A stretch of 64,000 nt of DNA, taken from the NCBI GenBank assembly GCA_965205265.1, contig CBDBGH010000003.1, forward strand, positions 4,960,001 through 5,024,000. Reading direction: 5' to 3'. The notes beneath the pieces were generated by a model. That model did not search any database. It was not told where the DNA came from and worked only from the letters and a program-made list of their open reading frames with translations. Both the position numbers and the translations under genes were made by a program. Below, in pieces: positions 47,853 through 63,176 of this stretch (positions are counted from its first letter, which is position 1; each line of letters opens with the position of its first letter). The stretch comes from Alphaproteobacteria bacterium. GTDB lineage: Bacteria; Pseudomonadota; Alphaproteobacteria; Bin95.

Positions 47853-48689
47853 TCAGTCGAAGGGGGACGGCTGCGGCAAGGCGTCGGAGTCCGCCTGCCC
47901 TGTCGCCTCCGCGACCAGCGCGTCGAGAGCGTCCCGGTCGTTGCCCTGGGCCGCCGGAAGCGCCGCCACCACGAATGCCGGCGTGCAGAGCGGAAGCAGC
48001 GCCGAGGCAGCCCGCTTCGTCTCCGGGCCGCCCTCGGCCTGGAGGTCGAGGATCTCTACCGTTGGAGCGGACTCCTGCCCGGGGCCGGACCAGCGCAGGC
48101 GCCACATCTCCGGGATCCGGAGCGAGCGGTAGAAGGCGGGCTTGTCTGCCGAGGCGCTGGTGTAATCCACCTCGACGACAAGGTCCGGAAGCTCATGCTT
48201 CCCGAATTCCTTCATCGCCTTTTGGCCTGCAGCCACGGCGGCGCGCCAGCGCAATGCCTTCTCGCCGAAGATGTAGCAGGCGTCAGGCTCTGCCTGCGAT
48301 CGGTCCCGATCCTCATCCGGCCCGATTTCCGGCTCGTTGTCGCCGCCGGGCCGGAGCGTCCAGGAGCCGGCGACGACAACTGGAAGACCGTCAGCGTGGG
48401 CGATCGCCTTGACAAGATCGCCGATGCCCTCGCCGTAATTCTCATGCGGCATCGAGGGCGACATCAACGCGATCAGGCCGGCCTTCGCATCGGCAAACAG
48501 GCGGCCGGCATCGCCCCGCCATTCGTCCATGCGGTCGAGCAACGCCGCGATGTCCGAAGGCGTGCCGTGCAGCACCAGGGTCGGCGATCCCAATGCCCCC
48601 GCCACGGTCTCCGCCCATACTGACGGGCCCGCGCAAGCGGGAACCGCCGAACCGCCTCCCGAAGCGAAGGGCAAATCGATCACGTTCAT
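47853..48689 (-). CDS. Uma2 family (PD-D/ExK-like) endonuclease
   Basis: LMSPSMPHE, EPDACYI, PDLVVEVD, DKPAFYRSLRIPEMWR. Confidence 0.82.
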   Translation of the reverse strand: MNVIDLPFASGGGSAVPACAGPSVWAETVAGALGSPTLVLHGTPSDIAALLDRMDEWRGDAGRLFADAKAGLIALMSPSMPHENYGEGIGDLVKAIAHADGLPVVVAGSWTLRPGGDNEPEIGPDEDRDRSQAEPDACYIFGEKALRWRAAVAAGQKAMKEFGKHELPDLVVEVDYTSASADKPAFYRSLRIPEMWRLRWSGPGQESAPTVEILDLQAEGGPETKRAASALLPLCTPAFVVAALPAAQGNDRDALDALVAEATGQADSDALPQPSPFD

Positions 48690-48964
48690 GAGGTTCTCGC
48701 CCCTTCCGCAGGCAGCGCCATTGTAGCACGGCGCCGCCTCGTTGTCCTCTCGGCATGCCACCTTGATTTCGGCGAAGGACGCGCGTTTTGTCCGTGGATT
48801 CAATCGTTTGCTCGCAGGGGCGCTCGATTCCCGCAGAAATTCCGAACGCCTCTGGAAAAATGGCATCGCACAGAGCACCGCTGAAGCCGTCCGGGGCGGG
48901 CACTCTCCCGGCGCGCAGGACTCGGACGATGCCGATCCGGTCCTCCCGGCCGGACCTGGCAGGT

Positions 48965-54229
<5,265 letters not shown>

Positions 54230-54320
54230 TCGGTCCAGCAGGGAAACGACAATCCGTGAGGCATGCTGCCGATCATTCCGCCTGTCATAATGACGGACGG
54301 CGTGATGGGCAAGGGGACCG

Positions 54321-55127
54321 TCAGGATGCGGATTGCAACGGGGCCGCGGATGCTCCGCGGACGTCGGCCTCCCGGCGAATGCCACCCGGTGGCATGCCGG
54401 ATGACGGTGTGGGCGCATGCGCGTCCGCCAGGGGGTCAAAGGCCTCCGAACAGATTGGACGGCCTTCCGCGGGGCTTGCCGCACGCGATACGGTCCTGAT
54501 CGTATCGGGGTCGCGTGCGGCTACCATGGCGCTGTCGCGGGCGATGGCCAGGTTGACGGCGAAGACGGCATCTTCATCGAGTGCCGCAAGTTCCCGGCGC
54601 TCAGGACCGAGCACGAGCCAGAGGAGAACGTCGGGAGCGATCGGGCATACCAGACCCGAATTCACGGCGCCCGGCCGCGTGCCGGTGCGCGGCGCGCCGG
54701 CGGCCAGCACCGACGGGTGCCCCAGCAGGAGGCCCGGGTGCCGGAGGGTGAAGAGGCAAAGCCCGGTCGCCTCGAGAAGCCGGGCGGCGACGGGGGCGCC
54801 CGGGGCGTCGGGCTCGAACGCCGTTCTCCTGTGCTGCGCCACCATCCAGGCGCAGAGAAGCGCCCGGCTGTCCTCATCTATCGCGGGCGGCCTTCCGGTG
54901 CGTGCCTGGTCGCCCAGCCGTGCCGTGATCGTTCCGATCGGGTCCGCGGAGCCGTTGCCGTGCAGGGAAACAAGGGTTTCGGGCAGGCTCTGGCGCACGG
55001 TATCCACCGGCCAGTCGCGCTTGCGCCACCAGAGCGTTCCGTCATCGCCGGCGAAACGGCGCGCAAGCCACGGAAGAATCCCGGTCCGGACGCCGGATTC
55101 CTTCGAATTCCCGTTTGTCATGTTCAT
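54321..55127 (-). CDS. hypothetical protein, possibly degenerate DUF4238-like
   Basis: PWLARRFA near the N-terminus and CPIAPDVLL...VFAVNLAIA; weak similarity only. Confidence 0.35.
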   Translation of the reverse strand: MNMTNGNSKESGVRTGILPWLARRFAGDDGTLWWRKRDWPVDTVRQSLPETLVSLHGNGSADPIGTITARLGDQARTGRPPAIDEDSRALLCAWMVAQHRRTAFEPDAPGAPVAARLLEATGLCLFTLRHPGLLLGHPSVLAAGAPRTGTRPGAVNSGLVCPIAPDVLLWLVLGPERRELAALDEDAVFAVNLAIARDSAMVAARDPDTIRTVSRAASPAEGRPICSEAFDPLADAHAPTPSSGMPPGGIRREADVRGASAAPLQSAS

Positions 55128-55280
55128 GATCGCCGCTCCGGCCCAGGGACGGGTCGATGTTAACGGGCGGCGTAATTAGGCTCAAGGTGGCCGCATCACG
55201 ACCGCAAGGTCGGCGCTTTGCGTTTTCGCCCGGTCCGTGGATGATTGCGCTTACCCGAATGCCGCGGAGGAGATTCCGGG

Positions 55281-55976
55281 ATGAGCCTCGACTTCGGCAC
55301 TGCCGGTTATGGGGAGATCATGGCGTGGCTCCGCAACGGAGGAGAGCCGAACACGCCGTTGGAGGATGGCTCGATGCCGCTGCACTGGGCTGCGGGCGAA
55401 GGCCGTTACCGGGAGTGCGGAGCCCTTCTGCGGGGCGGGGCCGATGTCAATGCCCGTGACCGGGACGGTTCAGGGCCGTTGCACTGGGCCGCCAGCCAGG
55501 GACACGCGGCCAGTTGCGGCCTGCTCCTCGGTCAGGGTGCCGATCCGGTCGCCCTGAACTGCGACGGCCTCACGCCGCTGCACCTGGCGGCGCGCGAAGG
55601 GTATGCACACCTCCTGGAGGTTTTCCGGGAACCGGCAGGAGCCCATGCCGGCATCGATGTCGCCACGGTGTCATCGGATTGCAACGACACGCTCCTGCAT
55701 TGCGCTGCCGCTTGCGGACAGACGGAATTCGTTTCCCGGCTTCTGTCGTCCGGTGCCGGAATCGACGATCGGAATTTCTGGGGGACGACAGCACTCCACT
55801 ATGCTGTCGGCGCTGGCTGTCGGCCGACAGTCGAGGTCCTTCTCGATGCCGGCGCCGATCCCCGGATCAAGGATGACAACGGGGCAACGCCGCTCGATCT
55901 CGCACCCTCCTGGCCGGGCCTCCACGAAGCGATGGAGGCGAGGATGAAGGAGAGGCCGGCACCGACGCCTGCATAG
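55281..55976 (+). CDS. ankyrin-repeat protein
   Basis: PLHWAA/TPLHLAA...GADVNARD repeats. Confidence 0.92.
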   Translation: MSLDFGTAGYGEIMAWLRNGGEPNTPLEDGSMPLHWAAGEGRYRECGALLRGGADVNARDRDGSGPLHWAASQGHAASCGLLLGQGADPVALNCDGLTPLHLAAREGYAHLLEVFREPAGAHAGIDVATVSSDCNDTLLHCAAACGQTEFVSRLLSSGAGIDDRNFWGTTALHYAVGAGCRPTVEVLLDAGADPRIKDDNGATPLDLAPSWPGLHEAMEARMKERPAPTPA

Positions 55977-56035
55977 TCGGGCGGTCGGACGGCGGTTCGG
56001 TTCCGTCTTCCGGCATGACAGCCACGGCCGTGCCG

Positions 56036-57172
56036 TCATCGGGGGTGATGGTAGTGTCCTGATTCTGAAGTTTTGATGATTTTCATCTGGCGTTCGGCAG
56101 TTTCCAGCGTCCGCAGACAGAAGCGCTTGATGGTGGCAAGGATGTCGTCGGCGGATTTGGTCCAGCGGAAGGGTCGCGGGTCGGCGTTGACGGTGTCGAT
56201 GTAGTTCCGGATGGCCTGCTCGAGTTCCTGGGGCGAGCGATGAACCCCGCGCCTGAGCTGTTTCTCGGTCAAGAGTGCGAAGAAGCGCTCGACCTGGTTG
56301 AGCCAGGAGGCGCCGGTGGGCGTGAAGTGGACATGCCAGCGGGGATGCCGGGCCAGCCAACGCCGGACGGCGGGCGTCTTGTGGGTTGCGTAGTTGTCCA
56401 TCACCAGATGGACGTCGAGCTCGCCGGGGACCTGGGCTTCGAGCGTGCGCAGGAACTTGAGGAACTCCCGGCTGCGGTGGCGCGGCAAGCACTGGCCGAT
56501 GACCCGGCCGGTGGCGATGTCCAGCGCCGCGAACAGCGTGGTGGTGCCATGGCGCGTGTAGTCATGAGTACGCCGCTCGACCTGACCCGGCCGCATGGGA
56601 AGCAGCGGGCGGGAGCGGTCCAGAGCTTGGATCTGGCTCTTCTCATCGACGCAGAGCACCAGCGCGCGCTCGGGCGGGTCGAGATAGAGGCCGACAATGT
56701 CCCGCACCTTCTCCACAAACAGTGGGTCCGACGACAGCTTGAACGTCTCCGAGCGATGCGGCTGCAGGCCGAAAGCCTGCCAGATGCGATGGATCGTCGA
56801 GGGCGCATAGCCTGCAGCGCGCGCCATCGAGCGCAGGCTCCAATGCGTGCCGTCGGGGGGTGTTTCTTCCAGGGTGCGGGCAATGACCTCCGCAACCTCC
56901 TCGTCACCGATCTTGCGCGGAGCGCCCGGGCGCGGCTCGTCATAGAGCCCGTCAAGCCCGCGCTCGGCAAAACGCCGCCGCCATTTGCCGACCGTATTCG
57001 CATCCGCTCCCAAGCGCGCAACTATCGCCTTGTTCTCCAGACCCTCAGCAGCAGCCAGGACAATCCGAGCCCGACGCGCCAGTCCCTGCGCCGTCTTCCG
57101 ACGCCGCGTCAAACCCTCCAACTCTCGTCGTTCTGCTGCCGACAAAGTAATCGCGACCGCTGCTCTCCCCAC
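56036..57172 (-). CDS. IS630 transposase, single ORF
   Basis: [39 protein letters not shown]. Confidence 0.93.
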   Translation of the reverse strand: MGRAAVAITLSAAERRELEGLTRRRKTAQGLARRARIVLAAAEGLENKAIVARLGADANTVGKWRRRFAERGLDGLYDEPRPGAPRKIGDEEVAEVIARTLEETPPDGTHWSLRSMARAAGYAPSTIHRIWQAFGLQPHRSETFKLSSDPLFVEKVRDIVGLYLDPPERALVLCVDEKSQIQALDRSRPLLPMRPGQVERRTHDYTRHGTTTLFAALDIATGRVIGQCLPRHRSREFLKFLRTLEAQVPGELDVHLVMDNYATHKTPAVRRWLARHPRWHVHFTPTGASWLNQVERFFALLTEKQLRRGVHRSPQELEQAIRNYIDTVNADPRPFRWTKSADDILATIKRFCLRTLETAERQMKIIKTSESGHYHHPR

Positions 57173-57231
57173 CGGTCAGCCCTCCATCAAAACCGATAAT
57201 CTTATTCTAATAAACTTCTCGATCAGGATAG
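56054..57231 (-). mobile_element. IS630-family element
   Basis: TA duplication at 56052-53 and 57232-33; imperfect IRs GTGTCCTGAT / CTATCCTGAT. Confidence 0.85.
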
Positions 57232-57246
57232 TAGCGGATTTGCCGG

Positions 57247-57546
57247 TTATTGCGGCCCCTGTGCGGGCGCTTCCAGGTTCTCCCGGAGAGCGTCGACGCG
57301 GTCTTCGGCGTCCTCGCGTTCCTCCTGGGCCCGGTCGAGATCGTCGCGCGCGGCCGCGAGTCTGGCTTCGGCTTCCCGAAGGTCGGCGTTTTCCTCGTCT
57401 TCCTCGGCTTCGGCCTCGGCAAGTTGCTCTTCGACGTCGGCGAGGCTCTCCTCGGCCTCGGCCAGGGCGTTTTCGGCCTCGGCTTCCCTGAGTTCGGCGT
57501 TGGCCAGGTCGGATTCGGCTTGCTCGAGTTCGGTTCGGGACGTCAC
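57247..57546 (-). CDS. very acidic coiled-coil protein
   Basis: Glu/Ala heptads (AEAENALAEAEESLADVEEQLAEAEAEE); GTGA coupling. Confidence 0.7.
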   Translation of the reverse strand: MTSRTELEQAESDLANAELREAEAENALAEAEESLADVEEQLAEAEAEEDEENADLREAEARLAAARDDLDRAQEEREDAEDRVDALRENLEAPAQGPQ

Positions 57547-57641
57547 GGTGCGGGTTCCCTTTCGCCGTCGGCGCGCTTGCGGACCCGGATGCGCATGAAC
57601 GCAACGAGGGCCCCGGCTTCTTCAATCCCCTCGTGTGTCAT
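57543..57641 (-). CDS. 32-aa micro-protein
   Basis: Start/stop overlaps on both sides; ends EREPAP. Confidence 0.4.
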   Translation of the reverse strand: MTHEGIEEAGALVAFMRIRVRKRADGEREPAP

Positions 57642-57841
57642 GGCGCGGGGCCGGCCATGTCCGCGGCTTCCTGCCGGTTTGCCCGGCGGACCCGGGCCAT
57701 GTCGAGGAAGCTGCGGAACGACACATCGGCCCATGCTTCGGTGAAGGCCCTGTAACAGGCCATGCGGGCCCTGCTCCGCGTTTCGGCGAGGCACAGATAT
57801 GGGGTCTCGAACCCGCGAACCTCTACCGCGTACGGTTTCAC
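57638..57841 (-). CDS. small hypothetical protein
   Basis: GTGA coupling; AETRSRAR...FLDMARVRRA. Confidence 0.55.
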   Translation of the reverse strand: MKPYAVEVRGFETPYLCLAETRSRARMACYRAFTEAWADVSFRSFLDMARVRRANRQEAADMAGPAP

Positions 57842-58404
57842 GGTGAGACCGCATGTCCTGTGTCGGGGGAATCGGATCCCTCGACCAATGCGACCGTCCG
57901 CGGACTTTGCGCTCCCAGGCGGTCCATGATCTCCTCCCAGGCCTCGCGGTCCCGTAAACGGTCCCCGGACCTCGCCAGACGTTCCTCGATGACCTCGCCG
58001 AGATTGCGTCCCGCCCAGGCGGGGGCATCGTCCTCGTACGGACTGCACCGCCACTCGCCATCCTCGAGGGCATAGATGCAGCCGACCTGGTGGCCCCACC
58101 GGCTGTCCCGGAGAATCCGGACGGCGGTTTCGCCGACGCTTTCCCCCGGTTCCGCCCGGCCCGAAAACAGATTCGCGCGCCCCTGTTGCGGGTTGCGGGC
58201 GAGTATCGGTCTGCAGGTGTCCGGCGTTGGTCCCAGTTCGTCCAGATCGCCCAGCTGAAGAAGGCGCTCGATAGTCCCGGTATCCCGGTAATGCTCGACC
58301 AGCATGAAGCCGTTCCAGGGGTCGTCCGGGCGGCCGCCATTGTAGAGGCCGCAGATCACGAAGCCCTTCGGTGTCTGCGCGCAGATCGCGCCATGTCGGG
58401 CCAT
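57838..58404 (-). CDS. phage/plasmid-type hypothetical protein
   Basis: GGGAG RBS; NGFMLVEHY...ERLLQLGDLDELG...YALEDGEW. Confidence 0.65.
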   Translation of the reverse strand: MARHGAICAQTPKGFVICGLYNGGRPDDPWNGFMLVEHYRDTGTIERLLQLGDLDELGPTPDTCRPILARNPQQGRANLFSGRAEPGESVGETAVRILRDSRWGHQVGCIYALEDGEWRCSPYEDDAPAWAGRNLGEVIEERLARSGDRLRDREAWEEIMDRLGAQSPRTVALVEGSDSPDTGHAVSP

Positions 58405-58504
58405 GTCGGTCTTCTCCCGGTCGTCATAAGGGACAACGACAGGGTCACTATCGCAGGAGCGCGTGAAAATTCCCAAGCGATGCCGGCACCCTTGTTTCCG
58501 CTTT

Positions 58505-59188
58505 TCACCGCCGTGGACTTGGTATGTCATGACACGCCCGAGCAGTCGTCCATGGCGAAATGTCCGGCGATGCCCAGGACGGTTGCAATGCCTCCAGATA
58601 GGCGGCTTCGCGCCGGTATCGCCGCGCGACGTCGGGATCGTCCATGTCCAGATGCTCCTGCAGTTCCTCGATATCGACGAGGTGCAGGTTGCGGCCGACG
58701 CGCTTGAGGTCGCGGTAGGCGGCCGGGGCCGTGGCGAGCCTGAGGCGCGGCGGGTCCATGACGATCGTATTGCGGACAATGTCGGCGGTGGACCGCTTCG
58801 TGTGCGTGAACTCGATGGTGCCGTAGGGGGTCCGGAACGTCCCCTTGCGCCCCGTCGTCATCACGGTGAGGTATCGCATGGGGAGCTGGGAGATGACGCC
58901 CCACTCCGAAAGGGCGCATTCCAGGCTGGTATAGTTGTATTCGCCGCCGCGCATCGCGGCGGCGATCTCCTCCAGCAGGCGTCCGTGGCTGCGCCGCGAC
59001 AGGGGGTTGAAGTAAATGCCCTTGCCGACCCGCTCGAGCAGGCCGGCCCGCACCAGGCGGCCCAGGCTTTCCGAGAGGGTCTTCGCGGACTCGTCCGGGA
59101 ACATCATCCGCATGTCCGGGAAGGTGAACACGGCGCGCCCGCACCGGTCCCGGTCCGTCAGCGTCCTGATGGCGGCGACAATGCGCAT
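58505..59188 (-). CDS. AbiEi-like type IV TA antitoxin / wHTH regulator
   Basis: LERVGKGIY, YTSLECALSEWGVISQLP, LTVMTTGRKGTFRTPYGTIEFTH. Confidence 0.82.
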   Translation of the reverse strand: MRIVAAIRTLTDRDRCGRAVFTFPDMRMMFPDESAKTLSESLGRLVRAGLLERVGKGIYFNPLSRRSHGRLLEEIAAAMRGGEYNYTSLECALSEWGVISQLPMRYLTVMTTGRKGTFRTPYGTIEFTHTKRSTADIVRNTIVMDPPRLRLATAPAAYRDLKRVGRNLHLVDIEELQEHLDMDDPDVARRYRREAAYLEALQPSWASPDISPWTTARACHDIPSPRR

Positions 59189-59356
59189 TCATCTACTCTC
59201 TCGGGAGTCATATACCAAGCATAAATATAGATGTTTTGTCCACTATTGTCAGCGGATGCATCCCGGTGCTGTTGTGCCGCCCCGGAGACGTGAGCACGCC
59301 CTTCCAGGACCCCATAGCTCCGGGGCCGACCCGACACCCGGGACGGCGTCCAGCGG

Positions 59357-59740
59357 TCAGGTGAACAGGTCGCAAAGAACGCCTGTCCATACGGCAGCAC
59401 AGGTCCAGAGGCTGACGAACACCGCCGCGCTGCCAAGGTCCTTGGCGCGCCCGGAGAGTTCGTGATCGTCCAGTGAAATGCGATCAACCGCGGTCTCGAT
59501 CGCGGAGTTCAGGAGTTCCACGATCAGAACAAGGAGCACGCTGGCGATGAGCATGGCTGTCTGCGTGCCGTTCGCCGGCAGCAGCAGGGCTGCCGGGACC
59601 AGCAGGGCAGCGGCCGCAAGCTCCTGTCGAAACGACCGCTCGTTCCTGGCGGCGCATGCAAGCCCCGACAGCGCGTGGAGCGCGGCGCGCCGGAGGCTGG
59701 CCAGGGGATGGGTGCCGTCGCCGGGACCGTGTCCAATCAT
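59357..59740 (-). CDS. dgkA: diacylglycerol kinase
   Basis: ERSFRQE, VELLNSAIETAVDRIS, HELSGRAKDLGSAAV. Confidence 0.92.
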   Translation of the reverse strand: MIGHGPGDGTHPLASLRRAALHALSGLACAARNERSFRQELAAAALLVPAALLLPANGTQTAMLIASVLLVLIVELLNSAIETAVDRISLDDHELSGRAKDLGSAAVFVSLWTCAAVWTGVLCDLFT

Positions 59741-60960
59741 GGCTCAGCTGTTGAGGGCGGCGCCTGTCCGAAGGTCCTGCGCAGGGCCTCGGCTATGGCC
59801 ACGCACTTGTCCGCCCCTTCCGGAGACCATTGCTTCTCGGCAAGCCGGAGCGGCGTGTCGCCATGGTCATCTTCCGCAGTCGCGTCGGCCCCGGCGTCCA
59901 AGAGAAGCCGGACGCTGGCGAACGAGCCGTCGGCCGCCGCATAATGAAGCGCTGTTCTCCTCCAGCCGCCCTCCCGGGTGTCGGGGTCTGCCCCGGCCTG
60001 AAGGAGCATCTCGGCGATCCTGAGGTCGAAATCGGCATGCCGGGTCATGCCGATCGCCCGGATCAGCGGCGTATCCCGGCGGCCTTCGGACAGCAGGTTG
60101 GGGTCTGCCCCTGCCTTGAGGAGCATCTCGACGCACTCGGGCGTGTTGGCCCAGAACAGCGGCGACGTGCCGTGGCGGGTGTCGAGGCCGTTGGGGTCTG
60201 CACCCGCCTCGAGAAGATGGAGGACGGCCATGGGGCGCCCGTGGAACTGTTCCACAGCCCAATGGAGGGGAGGCCTGCCGTCTATGGTCCTGCATACGAG
60301 ATTCGGATCCGCACCGGCGTCGAGAAGCTGCTTGACGATATAGCCGGTTTCTCCGCCGGTCCGGGCGGCCTTGTGGAGCGGCGTTTCGCCGTGCCTGTCC
60401 TCCGCGTTCGGGTCGGCGCCGCGGGCGAGCAGGAGCGCGATCATGTCCCCGGCGAGCCGCCGCTCGCGCCCGGAGGAAAACTCCACCTCCTTCCGCAGGG
60501 CCGCGAAATGGAGCGCGGTCATACCGGATTTGGGGCTGCGCGCGTGAAGGTCGGCACCAGCATTCAGAAGGCTTTCGACGACCGCCGGGTGCCGACTCTT
60601 CTCCGCGGCTACCAGCAGCGGCGAGCGGCCCAGGCCGTTTCCTGCGTCGATCTCGGCCCCGGCTCCCACCATGGCCGCGATCACCTCGGGATTGGCGTTG
60701 GCCGATGCCGCATCGTGGAGCGGCGTGTCCTGCGAATGGCTGTCCCGGGCGTGGAGGTCCCCACCGGCCTCGACCAGCACGGAGATGATCGCGGGGTCGG
60801 AGGCCGTCAGCGCAGCCCGGTGCATGGCGCTCTTGCCGTCTGCGAACCGGCGGTTCGGGTCGGCCCCGGCCGCAAGCTGCCGCTTCACCTCCTCAAAGGT
60901 TGCCTCGCGGAAGAAGGTGTCCGTTCCCCATTCGGGGCTGGTAGAGGCCGACTGGTTCAT
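59737..60960 (-). CDS. ankyrin-repeat protein
   Basis: About ten TPLH/TALH...LLxAGADPN units. Confidence 0.92.
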   Translation of the reverse strand: MNQSASTSPEWGTDTFFREATFEEVKRQLAAGADPNRRFADGKSAMHRAALTASDPAIISVLVEAGGDLHARDSHSQDTPLHDAASANANPEVIAAMVGAGAEIDAGNGLGRSPLLVAAEKSRHPAVVESLLNAGADLHARSPKSGMTALHFAALRKEVEFSSGRERRLAGDMIALLLARGADPNAEDRHGETPLHKAARTGGETGYIVKQLLDAGADPNLVCRTIDGRPPLHWAVEQFHGRPMAVLHLLEAGADPNGLDTRHGTSPLFWANTPECVEMLLKAGADPNLLSEGRRDTPLIRAIGMTRHADFDLRIAEMLLQAGADPDTREGGWRRTALHYAAADGSFASVRLLLDAGADATAEDDHGDTPLRLAEKQWSPEGADKCVAIAEALRRTFGQAPPSTAEP

Positions 60961-60977
60961 TGTTCCCGGTCTCCCTC

Positions 60978-61820
60978 TCAGTACGGAATGTCCATGGCCC
61001 ACTCCGGCGGCGTCAGATCGAAATGCTGCCTTTCCACCCGCGGCTTCCCCGGCGGCGGGTGGATCGTGGCCTCGAAAGAGGCCGGATGCTCGCCGCCGAA
61101 CTCCAGCCAGCCTGTGAGAGACGCGCCGTCCTCGCAGGCATCGGCGTGGTGGATCCAGGCCAGGTCAAGGACCGCGGCGCGCAGGGCCTGCTCGAAGGCC
61201 TGCGGCTCGCAATCCTGGCTTTCCCATGTGCCGTCCAGGCGACGCTTGATGGCCTGGAGGCCTGTCACGGGCGTCAGGGGACCGGGATCCTTGCCCAGGT
61301 GCTCGATCCTGCCACGTCCAGCCTGGACAAACTCGGTCCTGCCGGTCCTGAAGCGCCCGTTGTGAGCCGAAAATTCGGCCCACAACTGGTCGATCCCGAC
61401 CCCCGAGACGAAGTTTCCGAGGCGGATCATGTTGCCATGGACAACCTCTGACAGGGCCTCGCGGTATTGCTGCTGCTCACCGGGCTCCATGAAAGCAGGA
61501 CGGAGAGGAATTCCCAGCAGCCAGCGCCCGGCGGCGCCGGCCTCGTGAGGGTGGAGGTCGATGTCGCCGAATTCGCCAGTGTCCGGATCGTAGCCGGCGA
61601 GAGCGATGAGCCGCATGCCGTCAGCGCCCGGGCCGTCCGGCCGCGGGAACTTCAACTCCGGCTCCAGACCGAACATTTCCCCTGAAGGCCCGGACAGGAG
61701 GTCCATGGCGCTGCCGTGGCCAAGGGCTGTCACGTCATACGCCCGGTCCGCGTCGCGGCCTGTGACGAGAAACAGGCGGCCGTGGGCATCCTCGTAGATC
61801 TGCCGGGGTTCCATCGCCAT
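60978..61820 (-). CDS. outlying divergent DUF6878-like paralog 13, sharing its N-terminal domain with 37302..38156
   Basis: HGNMIRLG...GIDQLWAEF...VTGLQ...GTW...FEQALR...CEDG; N-terminus RQIYED...YDVT...LIA...WLLGI. Confidence 0.6.
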   Translation of the reverse strand: MAMEPRQIYEDAHGRLFLVTGRDADRAYDVTALGHGSAMDLLSGPSGEMFGLEPELKFPRPDGPGADGMRLIALAGYDPDTGEFGDIDLHPHEAGAAGRWLLGIPLRPAFMEPGEQQQYREALSEVVHGNMIRLGNFVSGVGIDQLWAEFSAHNGRFRTGRTEFVQAGRGRIEHLGKDPGPLTPVTGLQAIKRRLDGTWESQDCEPQAFEQALRAAVLDLAWIHHADACEDGASLTGWLEFGGEHPASFEATIHPPPGKPRVERQHFDLTPPEWAMDIPY

Positions 61821-61850
61821 TCGTCGGTTCCTTTCGGCGCGGTGTCCCGG

Positions 61851-62267
61851 TCAGGGTTCCATGCCGCTGGCGGCGGCCGGAGCGCTGTCCGGTACGGACG
61901 GCCAGTCATGCAGGTCGAGGAACCGGCGCAGCAGTGCCTTGTCCCCTCCCGGCAGCGGGACTTCGGTCCATGGGTCGTACCAGTCTCGGGCCATGAGCCG
62001 GACATGGTGCGGACTGCCTTCGTCGTCGAGGTCCGCGACAGCCTTGAGTGCCGGGCCGCCGCCAATCAGCACGGCCTCGACGCGGTCCTTCTCGCGCCCC
62101 TTGCCGTAAACGAGGCTGCGCAGCTCGTCGTAAACCTGGCCGGCAGTCTCATAGGCCTCTCCGTCGGGGACCTGGCCGGACCGCTCGATCCGGGCGGCGA
62201 GGCGAAAGAGATCCCGGATTTCCTCGATTTTCGAATTCGCCTGTGCGAATGCGCGCTCTGTGGTCAT
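61851..62267 (-). CDS. phage/plasmid-type hypothetical protein
   Basis: AAGGA RBS; LIGGGPA...DWYDPWTEV; ends GMEP. Confidence 0.65.
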   Translation of the reverse strand: MTTERAFAQANSKIEEIRDLFRLAARIERSGQVPDGEAYETAGQVYDELRSLVYGKGREKDRVEAVLIGGGPALKAVADLDDEGSPHHVRLMARDWYDPWTEVPLPGGDKALLRRFLDLHDWPSVPDSAPAAASGMEP

Positions 62268-62309
62268 GGTCAGTCCTTCGCCCGGTTCCCCAATTCCGCC
62301 GTCGCCGGT

Positions 62310-63089
62310 TCAGGCAGGCGAAGGCTCGGGAAGACCCGCGTCCGGGGAATCCCGAAACCGTTCCAGCGCCGTCCGTTCGACATGGTCCCACGGAATGCCG
62401 TTGCGTTCCGCATGGCCTCGCACGGCATTCCAGTCGAAGGGCGCCTCCCGGCCGTCCTTTTCAAGCCGGTCGCGTATCTCCGATGCAAATACCGCGACGG
62501 CCTTCTTGTAATCGATATCCTCTTCATACCAGCCCCTGTCCTGCATTTCGGCGGGCATTTCCTTGCGCCGGGCTTCGGCGATCCATATGCCCCCGTGGCG
62601 GATGGCGCTGATGAAGGTGACGCCCGGCGCAAGGGTCTCGGTGTTGTTGACGCCGCCCCAGGGCGTATGGATGGGGATTCCCCATTGCCGGTCCGGCGGG
62701 GTGTCCCACGCGGCCATGCCGTCGCAGTTCCGGGACGCCCAGAAGAAGATGTCGCCGCGAAAGTCCGCGCCATCGACCTGTGCGCCGTCGAGGTCCGGAC
62801 CGCGGCCCATCTCATGGGGAAGGGCTTCAAGGACCGTGCCCTGCAGTGAGGCGTTTCGGAAATCGGTTCCGTGCAGGTCCACCTCTTCAAGCACGGCCTC
62901 GTCGAGCCGGGAGCCGCGGAAGTCGGCCCGCGCGAGGTCGCAGCGAAGGAAACGGGCCCTGGAGAAATCCGCACCGGCCAGAACGGCACGCGCCAGATCG
63001 CCGCCTGCGACCTCGATATCCCGGAAATCGCGTTCGCCGGCCGCATGGCGGTCCTTGAGTTCATCGGCTGTCATTGTCCTCGCGGGCAT
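62310..63089 (-). CDS. pentapeptide-repeat protein fused to a DUF7007-like domain
   Basis: GERDF plus A(D/V)LxG pentapeptides, then TPWGG...LAPGVTFIS...HGGIW...GWYEED. Confidence 0.75.
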   Translation of the reverse strand: MPARTMTADELKDRHAAGERDFRDIEVAGGDLARAVLAGADFSRARFLRCDLARADFRGSRLDEAVLEEVDLHGTDFRNASLQGTVLEALPHEMGRGPDLDGAQVDGADFRGDIFFWASRNCDGMAAWDTPPDRQWGIPIHTPWGGVNNTETLAPGVTFISAIRHGGIWIAEARRKEMPAEMQDRGWYEEDIDYKKAVAVFASEIRDRLEKDGREAPFDWNAVRGHAERNGIPWDHVERTALERFRDSPDAGLPEPSPA

Positions 63090-63176
63090 GGCTTCGTACC
63101 TCTTCGCGACCGCCGCATATCATGGGCCGGTTTCGTGAAAACGCGAAAGATCTCGCGGGCGGGCGAGCCCGGGAAG

